A model generated the notes under the pieces. That model had not been told where the DNA came from. It was given only the letters and a program-made list of their open reading frames with translations, and did not search any database. Source: Ignavibacteria bacterium (lineage in GTDB: Bacteria; Bacteroidota; Ignavibacteria; UBA10030; UBA6906). Taken from it: DNA of 40,959 nt. The stretch covers positions 1 to 40,959 of the forward strand of contig JAOUDE010000001.1 in the NCBI GenBank assembly GCA_029859455.1, in the 5' to 3' direction. This document shows, piece by piece, positions 26,512 through 37,469 of this stretch. The position numbers and the translations under genes are program-made. Position 1 is the stretch's first letter; every line of letters starts with the position of its first letter.

Positions 26512-27933
26512 CTAGACGGAACTGAGCGCCACAACACATTCGATGTGATCGGTGTGGGGGAACATGTCGACAGGCTGAACGGTGTTAATGCTGTAGCCGG
26601 TTCCCTCACAGAGGATCTTCAGGTCCCGCGCCTGCGTAGCCGGATTGCAGCTGACATAGACGATCCGCCGGGCACCAAGGGCGGGAATCGCCGCGGCAAC
26701 GTCGGGGTGCAGGCCGCTCCTCGGTGGATCAACGATCACGACCGTCGGCCGTTCGGAACTCGCCAGCCAGTCCCGGTCTTTCATCAGCTTCTCCTTCAGG
26801 TCGCCGATCTCGAAACGGCAGTTGGTCACACCGTTCAGCGCCGCGTTGTTCCGCGCATCCAGGACTGCCGATTCCACCGTCTCCACCCCGGTCACGGACC
26901 GGACACCATCCGCGACAAAGAGTGCTATCGACCCCGTCCCGCAGTAGAGATCGAAGACAACATCCTCAGGGCGGAACTCCGCCGCGGACCGGACAACCTC
27001 ATACAGTTTTTCCGCCTGCGCGGTATTGGTCTGAAAGAAGGAGTTTGCCGATATCCTGAAGACTCTGGTTCCGATCCGCTCGGTAATGAACCCGGGGCCG
27101 TGATATATTCTCTCCGTATCGCCGATCGCCACCTGGGATTTTCTGGTGGTAATATTGTTCACGACCGTGGTGATGGACGGAACTGCGGTCGTCAATACCC
27201 CGCTCAGTTCTGACAGTAACCCCGGGCGGTCTTCGGACGTCACGAGGTTCACCATCAGATCCCCGGTTCTTCTCCCCTCACGAATCACAAGATTGCGCAG
27301 ATACCCTGTATGTGTCCGGGTGGAGTACCATGTCAGCGAACGTTCCTGTGCAAAACGACGCACGAGATCGATGATCCGGTTGCTCGTTTCCGACTGAAGC
27401 CAGCACTCCCCGATATCGATGATCTTGAAGAACGTCTTCGGCGGGTGCAGTCCGAGGGCGAGCACTTCCTTCTCCTTGACTTCGCGTCCGCGATCATTCC
27501 TGTTGTACTCTTCCGGGCTGAACCACGCCGCCCCGAAGGAAAACTCCATCTTGTTTCTGTAGAAGTACTCATCGTCAGATCCGATGGTATCCAGCACCGT
27601 GAGGCCCTGAAAGTCTCCGATCCGCTCCAGTGCATCGGCAACTTCCCGCTGCTTGAACCTGAGCTGTGCGGGATACGAAGCATGCTGCCACTTGCACCCG
27701 CCGCACCAGCGGAAATGCCGGCACTTCGGCTCGACCCGTGTTGCGGCAGGGACGAGGATTTCGATCGGCTCGGCCTCAACAAATTTCTTCCGAACCTTGG
27801 TGACTTTTGCGTGAACCCTGTCCCCGGGAACCACGAGGGGCAGGAACACCACCCGGTTGTCGACCCGGGCAAGAGCTTTTCCTCCGGCTGCAAACTCCTC
27901 GACGTCAAGGACCATCATATCGCCGCGTTTCAC
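26512..27933 (-). CDS. rlmD: 23S rRNA (uracil-C5)-methyltransferase, RlmD/RumA family (TRAM + [4Fe-4S] + SAM MTase)
   Basis: TRAM domain at the N-terminus, cluster cysteines CRHFRWCGGCKWQH, SAM motif DLYCGTGSIAL, and catalytic YVSCNPAT. GTG start overlaps the ABC-F stop (GTGA); ATGs five and six codons downstream are alternatives. Confidence 0.85.
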   Translation of the reverse strand: MKRGDMMVLDVEEFAAGGKALARVDNRVVFLPLVVPGDRVHAKVTKVRKKFVEAEPIEILVPAATRVEPKCRHFRWCGGCKWQHASYPAQLRFKQREVADALERIGDFQGLTVLDTIGSDDEYFYRNKMEFSFGAAWFSPEEYNRNDRGREVKEKEVLALGLHPPKTFFKIIDIGECWLQSETSNRIIDLVRRFAQERSLTWYSTRTHTGYLRNLVIREGRRTGDLMVNLVTSEDRPGLLSELSGVLTTAVPSITTVVNNITTRKSQVAIGDTERIYHGPGFITERIGTRVFRISANSFFQTNTAQAEKLYEVVRSAAEFRPEDVVFDLYCGTGSIALFVADGVRSVTGVETVESAVLDARNNAALNGVTNCRFEIGDLKEKLMKDRDWLASSERPTVVIVDPPRSGLHPDVAAAIPALGARRIVYVSCNPATQARDLKILCEGTGYSINTVQPVDMFPHTDHIECVVALSSV

Positions 27934-29885
27934 GCCTGGTCCCCTTCACGGTGCTGATTCTCCGCCTCCTCCAGCTCCCTCGTCAGATCGTTCCACCGGT
28001 GGTACGCCCGGTTCAATTCCTCACCGACCGCTGCATACTCCGCTGTCATTTGCTTTACGAGATCCGGATCGCCATAAAACGACGGAGCGGCCATTGCCTT
28101 CTCTATTTCCGCCTTCCGCTCTTCTTTGTTCTCGATTTCCTGTTCCAGGCGCTTCAGTTTTGCCCGGAGCGGAGCCACCAGTTTGTAAAGACGCTGCCTC
28201 TGTTCCGCTTCCTCCCTCTTCCTCTGTTTGGGGGAGGTTCCCGGAGCAGGCGCCGGCCGCTTCCCTTTCGCTTCTTCCCGGTCCCTTTCCCGTCGCTCAA
28301 GGTATTCGGAGACATTGCCCGGAAACTCACGGATTGTTCCGCCGCTGAATTCGACCACCTTGTTCACGAGCGGATCCAGGAAATCTCTGTCATGCGAAAC
28401 GATCACGCAGCTCCCCTCGAAATCCAGCAGCGCCTCGGCAAGGACTGCTTTCGACCGCATGTCGAGATGATTTGTCGGCTCATCCAGTATGATCAGGTTG
28501 CTGGGTTGAAGGAGCATCTTGGCAAGCGCAAGGCGGCTTTTTTCTCCTCCGGAAAGGACCTTCACTGATTTGAACACGTCGTCTCCGCTGAACAGAAAAC
28601 TTCCGAGCAGTGTCCTGAGCCGCCTGCGGGTGTCACCGGTCGCCACCTCATCGAGAGTTTCCAGGACGGTCTTCCCGGGGTCCAGCTCTTCCGCCTGGTG
28701 CTGGGCGAAATAGGAGACACTCACGTTGTGTCCCACAAGCCGCGATCCTCCATCCGCCTTCTCGACTCCGGCGATGATCCTCGAAAGAGTCGATTTGCCG
28801 GCACCGTTCACCCCGACAAATGCGATCCTGTCACCCCGGTCGATATCAAACATGAGGTCGCGGAACAGTGTTTCGCCGTCGTATGATTTGGAGATATGCT
28901 TCAGCTCGATCACGGAACGCCCGCCTGCGGGAGCAGGTGGAAACGCGAAACGGATCTCCAGTTCTTCATCCTCGAGTTCGATCAATTCCAGCTTTTCGAG
29001 AGCCTTGACCCGGCTCTGAACCTGTCTCGCCTTGGTGGCCTTGGCGCGGAAACGCTCGATGAACCGCTCGGTCTGTTTGATCTTCTTCTGCTGGTTCTCG
29101 AAGGCCGCCTGTTGTTGCGCCCTTCGCTCCGCCCTGGCTCTGAGGTAATACGAGTAGTTGCCGGCATACTCCGTCAGTGAGCCGAGACTCAGCTCGCATG
29201 TCCTCGTTGTCATCGTATCGAGGAAACGGCTGTCATGCGAGACGATCATCACCGCGCCGTCATAGCCGGCAAGGTAGGTCTCGAGCCATTCGAGCGAATC
29301 GAGATCAAGGTGGTTCGTCGGTTCATCGAGGAGAAGGAGGGACGGTTGCTGTAGCAGGAGTTTGGCGAGTGCGATGCGCATCTGCCATCCGCCGCTGAAT
29401 TCCTCTGTCGACCGGTCGAAATCGCGCGTCGTGAACCCGAGCCCCATCAGCACCTTTTCGATATTGGATTTCATCCGGAAGGCATCGGTATCTTCGAGAC
29501 GGTGCTGCAGTTCGCCGAAAAGGGTCAGCAGTTCCTGGAACTCCTCCGAGGTGGGATCGGTGCTTTCCATCCGCCGATGGACAGCATCGAGATCGGTCTG
29601 TATCCGAACGATATCATCGAACACCGATTCCACCTCACGGTACAGCGTCGTTCCGCTCGCCCACATACCTTCCTGGGGAAGGTAACCGACGGTGACAAAA
29701 TTCGCTTTTGCGACTTCCCCTTCATCGGGTAATTGTTCACCCAGGAGGATCCTGAGCATGGTCGATTTCCCCGCGCCGTTCGAGCCGACGAGACCGATCC
29801 GGTCCCGCGCACCGATCTGGAGGGAGGCTTGTTGAAAAAGCGCCTTCCCCCCGAACTGAAGAGAGATTCCGTTGATTGCAATCAT
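27930..29885 (-). CDS. ABC-F family ATPase (two ABC cassettes plus C-terminal coiled coil; Uup/YheS-like)
   Basis: Two Walker A sites (GSNGAGKST, GVNGAGKST), two LSGG signatures, no TM domain, and a Lys/Glu-rich C-terminal coiled coil. Confidence 0.9.
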   Translation of the reverse strand: MIAINGISLQFGGKALFQQASLQIGARDRIGLVGSNGAGKSTMLRILLGEQLPDEGEVAKANFVTVGYLPQEGMWASGTTLYREVESVFDDIVRIQTDLDAVHRRMESTDPTSEEFQELLTLFGELQHRLEDTDAFRMKSNIEKVLMGLGFTTRDFDRSTEEFSGGWQMRIALAKLLLQQPSLLLLDEPTNHLDLDSLEWLETYLAGYDGAVMIVSHDSRFLDTMTTRTCELSLGSLTEYAGNYSYYLRARAERRAQQQAAFENQQKKIKQTERFIERFRAKATKARQVQSRVKALEKLELIELEDEELEIRFAFPPAPAGGRSVIELKHISKSYDGETLFRDLMFDIDRGDRIAFVGVNGAGKSTLSRIIAGVEKADGGSRLVGHNVSVSYFAQHQAEELDPGKTVLETLDEVATGDTRRRLRTLLGSFLFSGDDVFKSVKVLSGGEKSRLALAKMLLQPSNLIILDEPTNHLDMRSKAVLAEALLDFEGSCVIVSHDRDFLDPLVNKVVEFSGGTIREFPGNVSEYLERRERDREEAKGKRPAPAPGTSPKQRKREEAEQRQRLYKLVAPLRAKLKRLEQEIENKEERKAEIEKAMAAPSFYGDPDLVKQMTAEYAAVGEELNRAYHRWNDLTRELEEAENQHREGDQA

Positions 29886-29958
29886 CGGCGATTATCGTGA
29901 GAGTCCAAAGTGATGGAGTAGAGCAGCTCAGGGGCGGCCGCCGGGGAGAGACACCTGT

Positions 29959-31275
29959 CTACTTCAGGTAGTACTTCAGAGGATTCGGGTCGACCCTGCA
30001 TTCCTCGGCAATCCGTATCCTGTCGATCTTGTTCTGGTCACGCAATGTATACAGGTGCGGGACGATCTTGTCGCGCAGCTCGATCGGCGTCATCGGGTTG
30101 ATAAAGATGCTTGTCCCGCCTTCAAATCCCGCGGGTACGTTGATACGGAGCTTGATCAGGATATGCCATGGCATCTTATAGACTGCATCAATCGGGGTAT
30201 AATACCACTCCTCGTTGCACGAGATTTCATTTCCCATCGCGGCGTGGATGGAATGGACAAGGTTGCTCATCCCCCGGATTTCTTCGTCCGAATGCTCATC
30301 CGGCCTCCCGGCCTGCGACCTGGAATAGACCTCGATGGTTGGAAAGCGGTGTCCGATCCCGACGAATGCGATCGCGTGATCGTTCTCGGCAAAAACCAGG
30401 TTGTGATGGAGTGCGAAATTCGCGCCGTATTCGTTGAAGACGTTCCGGTCATCCCTGAGCATCCGTACCTGGTTTTCGATCGACGATCCCCATTCATCGA
30501 GAGCGACGAGCTGCTTGTGAAGATGGTCGAACGACGCGCCCGCCGGCCGGAGCCAGTTCTGGAAGACGCTGACATACCGCACATAGCGGTTATTCCTGGC
30601 GATATCCGCGAGCGCAGCAATGGTGAACCTGAAGTACTGAAAATGTTCTTCGAGGGACATGTCACCTGAAGCAAACAATTCGCTCTCGAGCTTCGCGTCC
30701 ACACGATAGTGTCTCTTCGCGATCACCAGCTCATGGCCTCCACCGAAGAAGGCATCCGCCATGGCAAGCCGCTCGGTCATCGGCAGTTTTGCGACCTGCT
30801 GCTCGGTCCTCCCCTCCTGCATCGCCTTGTAGGTGATGATATCGTTGATATGTTTGAAGCCGGCAGCGTTTGCCATATAATCTTCACGCCATTTCAGGCG
30901 CGATGCCGGAATCTTGTAGGCGTAGTTCTTCCGCCAGTAGTCCAGCGTGACGATCTCGAACATATTCCCGACACGGCGGAACTCCGCCACCGTTTCGGCG
31001 TACTGGTCGGGCGGAAGCGTATCGATCATTTCCCAGCGGTCGTTCCGGACGATGAGCCGGGATTTTTCCGGCGGGGTTTCGAAGTACCGGGGAGGACAGA
31101 AACTGCAGTAATCCTCCGGTGAATGGACCTCCAGCGGGACGGCTGGAACCGGTTTGCCGTTTCCGAGCGGTTTGTTTCGTCTTCCCGGGACCGCCCAGAC
31201 TTCATTGCCGGTAAACGGATTCACCTGTTTCACGGTGCCGTCCGGCATGATGGTGTAGAACATCGTTGCGCGCAT
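29959..31275 (-). CDS. GalT-like HIT-superfamily nucleotidyltransferase/phosphorylase (DUF4921-type)
   Basis: CSFC (C57/C60) Zn-type motif. FQNWLRPAGASFDHLHKQ matches the GalT active-site pattern F-x-N-x-G-x3-G-x-S-x2-H-x-H-x-Q (HLHKQ codons 30511-30525). Confidence 0.7.
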   Translation of the reverse strand: MRATMFYTIMPDGTVKQVNPFTGNEVWAVPGRRNKPLGNGKPVPAVPLEVHSPEDYCSFCPPRYFETPPEKSRLIVRNDRWEMIDTLPPDQYAETVAEFRRVGNMFEIVTLDYWRKNYAYKIPASRLKWREDYMANAAGFKHINDIITYKAMQEGRTEQQVAKLPMTERLAMADAFFGGGHELVIAKRHYRVDAKLESELFASGDMSLEEHFQYFRFTIAALADIARNNRYVRYVSVFQNWLRPAGASFDHLHKQLVALDEWGSSIENQVRMLRDDRNVFNEYGANFALHHNLVFAENDHAIAFVGIGHRFPTIEVYSRSQAGRPDEHSDEEIRGMSNLVHSIHAAMGNEISCNEEWYYTPIDAVYKMPWHILIKLRINVPAGFEGGTSIFINPMTPIELRDKIVPHLYTLRDQNKIDRIRIAEECRVDPNPLKYYLK

Positions 31276-31312
31276 GCAGCCTTACACGTTGTGCGACATT
31301 ATTCGACAGGTA

Positions 31313-32716
31313 TCAGTGCTGAGTAGCATCAGCCAGCAGTGCATCGACCCGCTCGATGCTGTCGGCTTCGGCATAGAAACGGATCAGCGGTTCGGTCCCT
31401 GATGCCCGGACCAGAACCCATCCCTTGTCGACGAAGAACTTGTGTCCGTCGATATCCTTTCTTCCGGTCACTTTGCTGCCACCCAGCTGAGAGACACCCT
31501 TGCGAAACTTCTTCATGATCGCGGTTTTCGCCTTCTCCGTGACATGGAGGTCAATCCGTTTGAATTCGTGTGTTCCGTATTCGTCCATCAGTTCGGCGAC
31601 GAGGTCGCCCAGCGGCATGTTTCGGGAAGCCATGACCTCGCACAGCATAAGGCCGAGGTAGATCCCGTCCCGCTCCGGCAGGTGCGCCCGCGTTCCAAGT
31701 CCGCCACTCTCTTCACCTCCGATAATGATGTCGCGTTCGGTCATCAACCGGCAAACGTGCTTGAATCCCACCGGCGTCTCATGCATCGTCAGCCCGTATC
31801 GCTCGCATTGCTTGTCGACCATCCCGGTCACCGAAATGGTCTTGACAACCTCACCGGTCATCCTCTTGTTCTCGACGAAATACTTCAGGAGCAGAGAGAA
31901 TATCCTGTGGGAATCCACAAACCGTCCCTGTTCGTCAACCGCACCGATCCGATCGGCATCACCGTCGGTCGCGATACCGATATGATAATTTTCCACATTC
32001 ACCCAGTGCATCAGCTGGGTCAGGTTCTGGGCGATCGGTTCCGGGTTCGTCCCCCCGAAGGAAGGATTGTAGACATCGTGGATATGACGGATCCCGGGAA
32101 GCACACTGGCAAGAACCCCCTGCCCGGCCCCGTACATCACGTCGTACAGGATTTTCATCCCGGAATCCCGGATCATCTGGAGATCCAGCTTCGAGGCAAG
32201 GTCAGCCAGATACTGCTTCTTCATGCCGATCATCCGGATCTTCTTCTTTTTCACCAGTTGATCGAAAGAAAGTTTTCCCTTTGGCATCGATTTCAGCTTC
32301 ATCACTGCCGCTAGTTTCTTTTCGACCTGAGCAATCATTTCCGGATGCGCAGGACCGCCGAAATCCCCCTTGATCTTGAAACCGTTGTAACGGGCAGGGT
32401 TGTGGCTCGCGGTAATGACGATGCCTCCGGCTGCCTGCTCAAGTTTGGTGACGAGCGAAACCATCGGCGTCGTCACAATGCTGTCGGCCAGTTTGACCGT
32501 TATCCCCGCGCTGGCAATAACCTCCGCTGTTTTCTCCGCGAACTCACGGGACATGAACCGGGCATCATACCCGACTACGATCCCGTTGCGGATCTTTTTG
32601 TGATTCCTGTAATAACGTGCGGTCGCAAGAGCGACACGCTCAAGATTGGCGAAGGTGAAATCATCAGCGATGACCGCGCGCCATCCGTCGGTCCCGAACC
32701 TGATAACCTGACTCAT
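31313..32716 (-). CDS. Phosphoglucomutase/phosphomannomutase family protein (alpha-D-phosphohexomutase)
   Basis: FGTDGWR, active-site ITASHNPARYNGFK, metal-binding TDGDADR, and GGEESGG sugar-binding loop. Preferred start is MSQVIRFGTDGWR at 32716; the track start at 32905 overlaps eno. Confidence 0.9.
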   Translation of the reverse strand: MSQVIRFGTDGWRAVIADDFTFANLERVALATARYYRNHKKIRNGIVVGYDARFMSREFAEKTAEVIASAGITVKLADSIVTTPMVSLVTKLEQAAGGIVITASHNPARYNGFKIKGDFGGPAHPEMIAQVEKKLAAVMKLKSMPKGKLSFDQLVKKKKIRMIGMKKQYLADLASKLDLQMIRDSGMKILYDVMYGAGQGVLASVLPGIRHIHDVYNPSFGGTNPEPIAQNLTQLMHWVNVENYHIGIATDGDADRIGAVDEQGRFVDSHRIFSLLLKYFVENKRMTGEVVKTISVTGMVDKQCERYGLTMHETPVGFKHVCRLMTERDIIIGGEESGGLGTRAHLPERDGIYLGLMLCEVMASRNMPLGDLVAELMDEYGTHEFKRIDLHVTEKAKTAIMKKFRKGVSQLGGSKVTGRKDIDGHKFFVDKGWVLVRASGTEPLIRFYAEADSIERVDALLADATQH

Positions 32717-32729
32717 GAAAGCGTACCTG

Positions 32730-34025
<1,296 letters not shown>

Positions 34026-34119
34026 TCACTCCTCCGGGAATCAGGGTGGTGACAGGTGTTGAATGGATGGCAAATTCGGCAAAACCGGGGAAACATGCAA
34101 CGAACGGGTCGACACAGAC

Positions 34120-35166
34120 TCAAAGGCCCGTGCTCTTCCGCAACGTCGAAAAGACCTCTCCTACTGTCAGCAGTTTCATGCACTGCATATACTCATCTCC
34201 CCCGAGGTTACAGATATCGAGATGGCATGGGTGGCAGGGAACGTCGATCCGCAGCGCGTGGTGACCCTTCTCTTCCGGGTAGGGGAACCAGATATTCTCT
34301 TCGCCGGGACCAAAAAGGCCGATGGTCGGAACGCCAAGCGCGGCGGCGATGTGCATCGGGCCACAGTCGTTGGTGACAAACGCCCTGAAGTGTGAAACGA
34401 CGGCGGCAAGCTGTCGCAACGGGAGTCCCCGCAGAAGCTTGACATCTGCGGCTGTGGCGACAAGCACAGACCGGGCTGCTTCCTCATCGTTCGGTCCGAT
34501 GGTAAGGACCACCTGTGCGCCCATTTTTGCCCGAATCAACTCCGCCAGTTCAGCGAACCTCCCGGGGAGCCATTGTTTGGCAGGCCATGTCCCGCCGGGA
34601 TGCAGACCAATGATCGGTTTCTTCATATCCAGCGGGCTCGTCTCGTGGTCGAGCCACTGGAGATAGATCCGTGCGTCCCGACGTTCATCCTCCGTAAGGA
34701 AGAGCTCGGTCTGATCCGACGACGGCGTCACTCCGGCTGCACGGAGGTATTGATCATGAAACTGAATCGGTGTCTTCGGGCGACCATCGTCGGCAACCTG
34801 CACCGTGTAGAAGCGGCCGCGTCCCCTGCGTTCAGGGCCGACCCGGACCCGCGCACCGCTCAGCCATGTGAGCAACGCGCTCCGCGGATTGCCGAAGAGG
34901 TCGATGGCAAGATCGAACCGGCGCCTTCTGAGCACCAGACTGATGCGGGTCTGCTCGAACACAGACGGGCGTGAGTAGTCAAACGGTATGATCTCGTTCA
35001 GGCACGGGTTCCCTTCCAGAAGAGACACGGCAGAACGGTCACCCAGATAGGCAATGAACGCATCCGGGAACGTCGTCCTGACAGAACGGATCGCAGGAGT
35101 GGTGAGGACGACATCGCCGATGAATCTCATCCGCGTAATCAGGATGCGCGCGTGGCCCCGCGTCAT
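34120..35166 (-). CDS. Glycosyltransferase family 9 (LPS heptosyltransferase-like)
   Basis: RILITRMRFIGDVVLTTPAIRSVR N-terminus and TNDCGPMHIAAALGVPTIGLFGP C-terminal block, both typical of GT9. Confidence 0.85.
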   Translation of the reverse strand: MTRGHARILITRMRFIGDVVLTTPAIRSVRTTFPDAFIAYLGDRSAVSLLEGNPCLNEIIPFDYSRPSVFEQTRISLVLRRRRFDLAIDLFGNPRSALLTWLSGARVRVGPERRGRGRFYTVQVADDGRPKTPIQFHDQYLRAAGVTPSSDQTELFLTEDERRDARIYLQWLDHETSPLDMKKPIIGLHPGGTWPAKQWLPGRFAELAELIRAKMGAQVVLTIGPNDEEAARSVLVATAADVKLLRGLPLRQLAAVVSHFRAFVTNDCGPMHIAAALGVPTIGLFGPGEENIWFPYPEEKGHHALRIDVPCHPCHLDICNLGGDEYMQCMKLLTVGEVFSTLRKSTGL

Positions 35167-37442
35167 TGCATCGTTCCCGTCAGTGCATCCGGCATGTTCA
35201 TCGATTCAAACCAGTCACATCGTTCCACCCTGTCAGCCACCGCCGCACGCAATCCATCGCCCGGTGCATCACCAGGGGCACGCCGGTAGGCCGCACGCGC
35301 ATCGGCGAAGCGACGCATCCTGAAAAGAGCATCACCGAGTGAAACAAGGCGGTATTTCTCGAGACGAGGGATCACAACCGCCCTGGCCAGATCCGCCGCG
35401 GATTCCGTATACCGCCCGAGACGCAGGTTCGCAAGACCTCGAAGATAGAGAGCGGCCCCGGCCTCCGGATGAACGGTCAGCACTGAATCCAAAACCGGAA
35501 TACGCAGGGAGTCGGCGGAACCCGAGAGGAGCAGAGTTCTGATCGCCTCACCGGACTCCGGATGCTCGAGGGCAAGCAACCGCACGAGAGCGGATTCACT
35601 GTACCCGCGTGAAAGTTCCGCACAGGCTACCCGTTCGAACGCCTCCGCGGCTTCATCGAACCTCCCGTCGAGCCAGTAGCCATCGCCCGTAGTGATCAGC
35701 AGCGGCAGGAGGCGGCCCGGGGTTCCCCGTGCTCTGATCGAATCCGGGATCGTGCGCGCGGGGACCGTATTCCCCAGTCGAAGTTCACTCCGGATGTATC
35801 CCCCCAGTGCGGTCGCGCTCCCCCCCTCTTCGTAGGCAGACTGAAACAACAGAGATGCTGAGCTGAAATCCCCGCTCCGGTACAGCCGTCCCGCTTCGCC
35901 CAGCTTGTTCGCCGTGGTACGGGGGCAGGTCTTATCAAAAATCGGCGCACCCCGGAAAAACAGATCCACCCGGTCGAAAGAACCGTGGTCGGTAACCAAC
36001 TCATCCAGCATCGCCTCCCATTCGGCCAGCAGGGCCGGCAGAGGCTTCCCAAAGACCGCTTCGTAGTTTCCCCACGCATACACACGACCGAGCCCTTCTG
36101 CACCGTAGCGGTCGGCAAGGTAGCGGCAGAATGATCCGGCCAGCACATAGCTGACCGAGGATGATTGCCGGACAAAGCTGAGCGATCCCATGATCAGCTC
36201 CATATCCGGTCTGACTCCGTGACGCAGCATGGCGGCCGCATGTTCATGCAATGTCTGTGAACCCCAGTCCCACTCGACCGCCATCGCAACCCCTTCCGTC
36301 AGTCCCGGATACAGACTTGCCTCCAGAAGCGGCACTCCGAGCGGCGCGGCGACGAGATGCACCATCTCATGCTTCATGACCTGCCGGATAGTTCCAGCGT
36401 CGAGATGCATTTCATCACTCCACGGCTTCGCGATGCTGGTTCTGCCGGCACCGATGAACCGGGCCTTCTCAGCGACAGACGGATAAACATAGGACTCCAG
36501 CCGGCGATCCACGTGTAAACCAAGAAACTTTTCGATCTGAAAGAGACGGAATTCATGTTCCGCCGCAAGCCAGCGGGCTTCCGAGAGAGAAAATGCCGAA
36601 TCGGAGTAATATACCGTGACGCGGTCTGAAGAGATTCTGGAGCCAAGACTCGAACGGACATACTCCCCGTGTGTCTCAAACCGCAACTCGTCACGGAAGA
36701 CAAACAACGAAACGCACATCAGCAACACCAGTGCGGCTTTTACTCGCCGCCCCGGCTTCAGTAGCTCCTGTATCAGGTCGATACCTTTCCGTCCGGTCGA
36801 CCGCCCGGCGGGTCCCTCCGCGATCAGGAATCCGGCCCACCACAGGAAGAGACCGAGGCCGGCCGTGACAGCACGAAACAGCAGAAGTGTGCCTGTTATT
36901 TCCAGATTTTCATCGTAGGTCAGCCCGGGGAAGAACCCATAGAAGAAGTTGTACGAGTAGATGGCCGGAGTAGCGTAACCGAGGAACCCTGCGTACAGAA
37001 ATGTGAGAGCAACGATCCCAAGAAAGATGGTCTTCGGGTGGTCGTAATGGGCAGAGACGAACAACGCCAGGCAGACACTGAACCAGACACTCACAACCGG
37101 GAGAAGAAGGAAGAACCCGATCCCGTCCGACCACGAACAGTTTCTGACGAACAGTGCGTTCAGGGAGATGACGCTCAGCGGGATAATCAGAAGTGAAACA
37201 TCTTCTGCAAGGACACGCGGGAAACGGCCGCGCAGGCGGACTGTGCCCGCATCACCATCAGAAAGGGACGCACGAAATTGCTCAATCGCACTCATCCCGC
37301 TCACAACAGATGCAATGAGAGAAAACAGAAAGGAAAACTCAAATCCAAGATAGTTGACGAGCGGAACCCTGGTGCAGAGGAGCGCAACCAGAAGGTACAG
37401 GACGGCAACGACGCGGAATGAGACAGGGATGGAACGGATCAT
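35163..37442 (-). CDS. Polytopic membrane protein with a gluzincin-like HExxH (Peptidase_MA-like) domain and C-terminal TPR-like repeats
   Basis: About 7 hydrophobic helices in residues 1-250. HEMVH is at residues 358-362 (36357-36371) with a Glu 20 residues after the second His (LTEGVAMAV). The Ala/Leu/Arg-rich helical repeat region after about residue 520 resembles TPR. 4-nt overlap with the GT9 gene. Confidence 0.6.
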   Translation of the reverse strand: MIRSIPVSFRVVAVLYLLVALLCTRVPLVNYLGFEFSFLFSLIASVVSGMSAIEQFRASLSDGDAGTVRLRGRFPRVLAEDVSLLIIPLSVISLNALFVRNCSWSDGIGFFLLLPVVSVWFSVCLALFVSAHYDHPKTIFLGIVALTFLYAGFLGYATPAIYSYNFFYGFFPGLTYDENLEITGTLLLFRAVTAGLGLFLWWAGFLIAEGPAGRSTGRKGIDLIQELLKPGRRVKAALVLLMCVSLFVFRDELRFETHGEYVRSSLGSRISSDRVTVYYSDSAFSLSEARWLAAEHEFRLFQIEKFLGLHVDRRLESYVYPSVAEKARFIGAGRTSIAKPWSDEMHLDAGTIRQVMKHEMVHLVAAPLGVPLLEASLYPGLTEGVAMAVEWDWGSQTLHEHAAAMLRHGVRPDMELIMGSLSFVRQSSSVSYVLAGSFCRYLADRYGAEGLGRVYAWGNYEAVFGKPLPALLAEWEAMLDELVTDHGSFDRVDLFFRGAPIFDKTCPRTTANKLGEAGRLYRSGDFSSASLLFQSAYEEGGSATALGGYIRSELRLGNTVPARTIPDSIRARGTPGRLLPLLITTGDGYWLDGRFDEAAEAFERVACAELSRGYSESALVRLLALEHPESGEAIRTLLLSGSADSLRIPVLDSVLTVHPEAGAALYLRGLANLRLGRYTESAADLARAVVIPRLEKYRLVSLGDALFRMRRFADARAAYRRAPGDAPGDGLRAAVADRVERCDWFESMNMPDALTGTMQ

Positions 37443-37469
37443 TGTTCAGAAGATCCGGTGGGTCGTCCC

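Noticed and set aside
29933-29942. The GGCGGCCGCC palindrome (containing a NotI site) between the GalT-like gene and the ABC-F gene, considered as a terminator.
   Set aside because: It is a 10-nt perfect palindrome with no loop and no T-tract, too short to be a convincing intrinsic terminator. A GATAAT box 5 nt upstream of the ABC-F ATG (29891-29896) lacks any -35 partner, so I did not call it as a feature.
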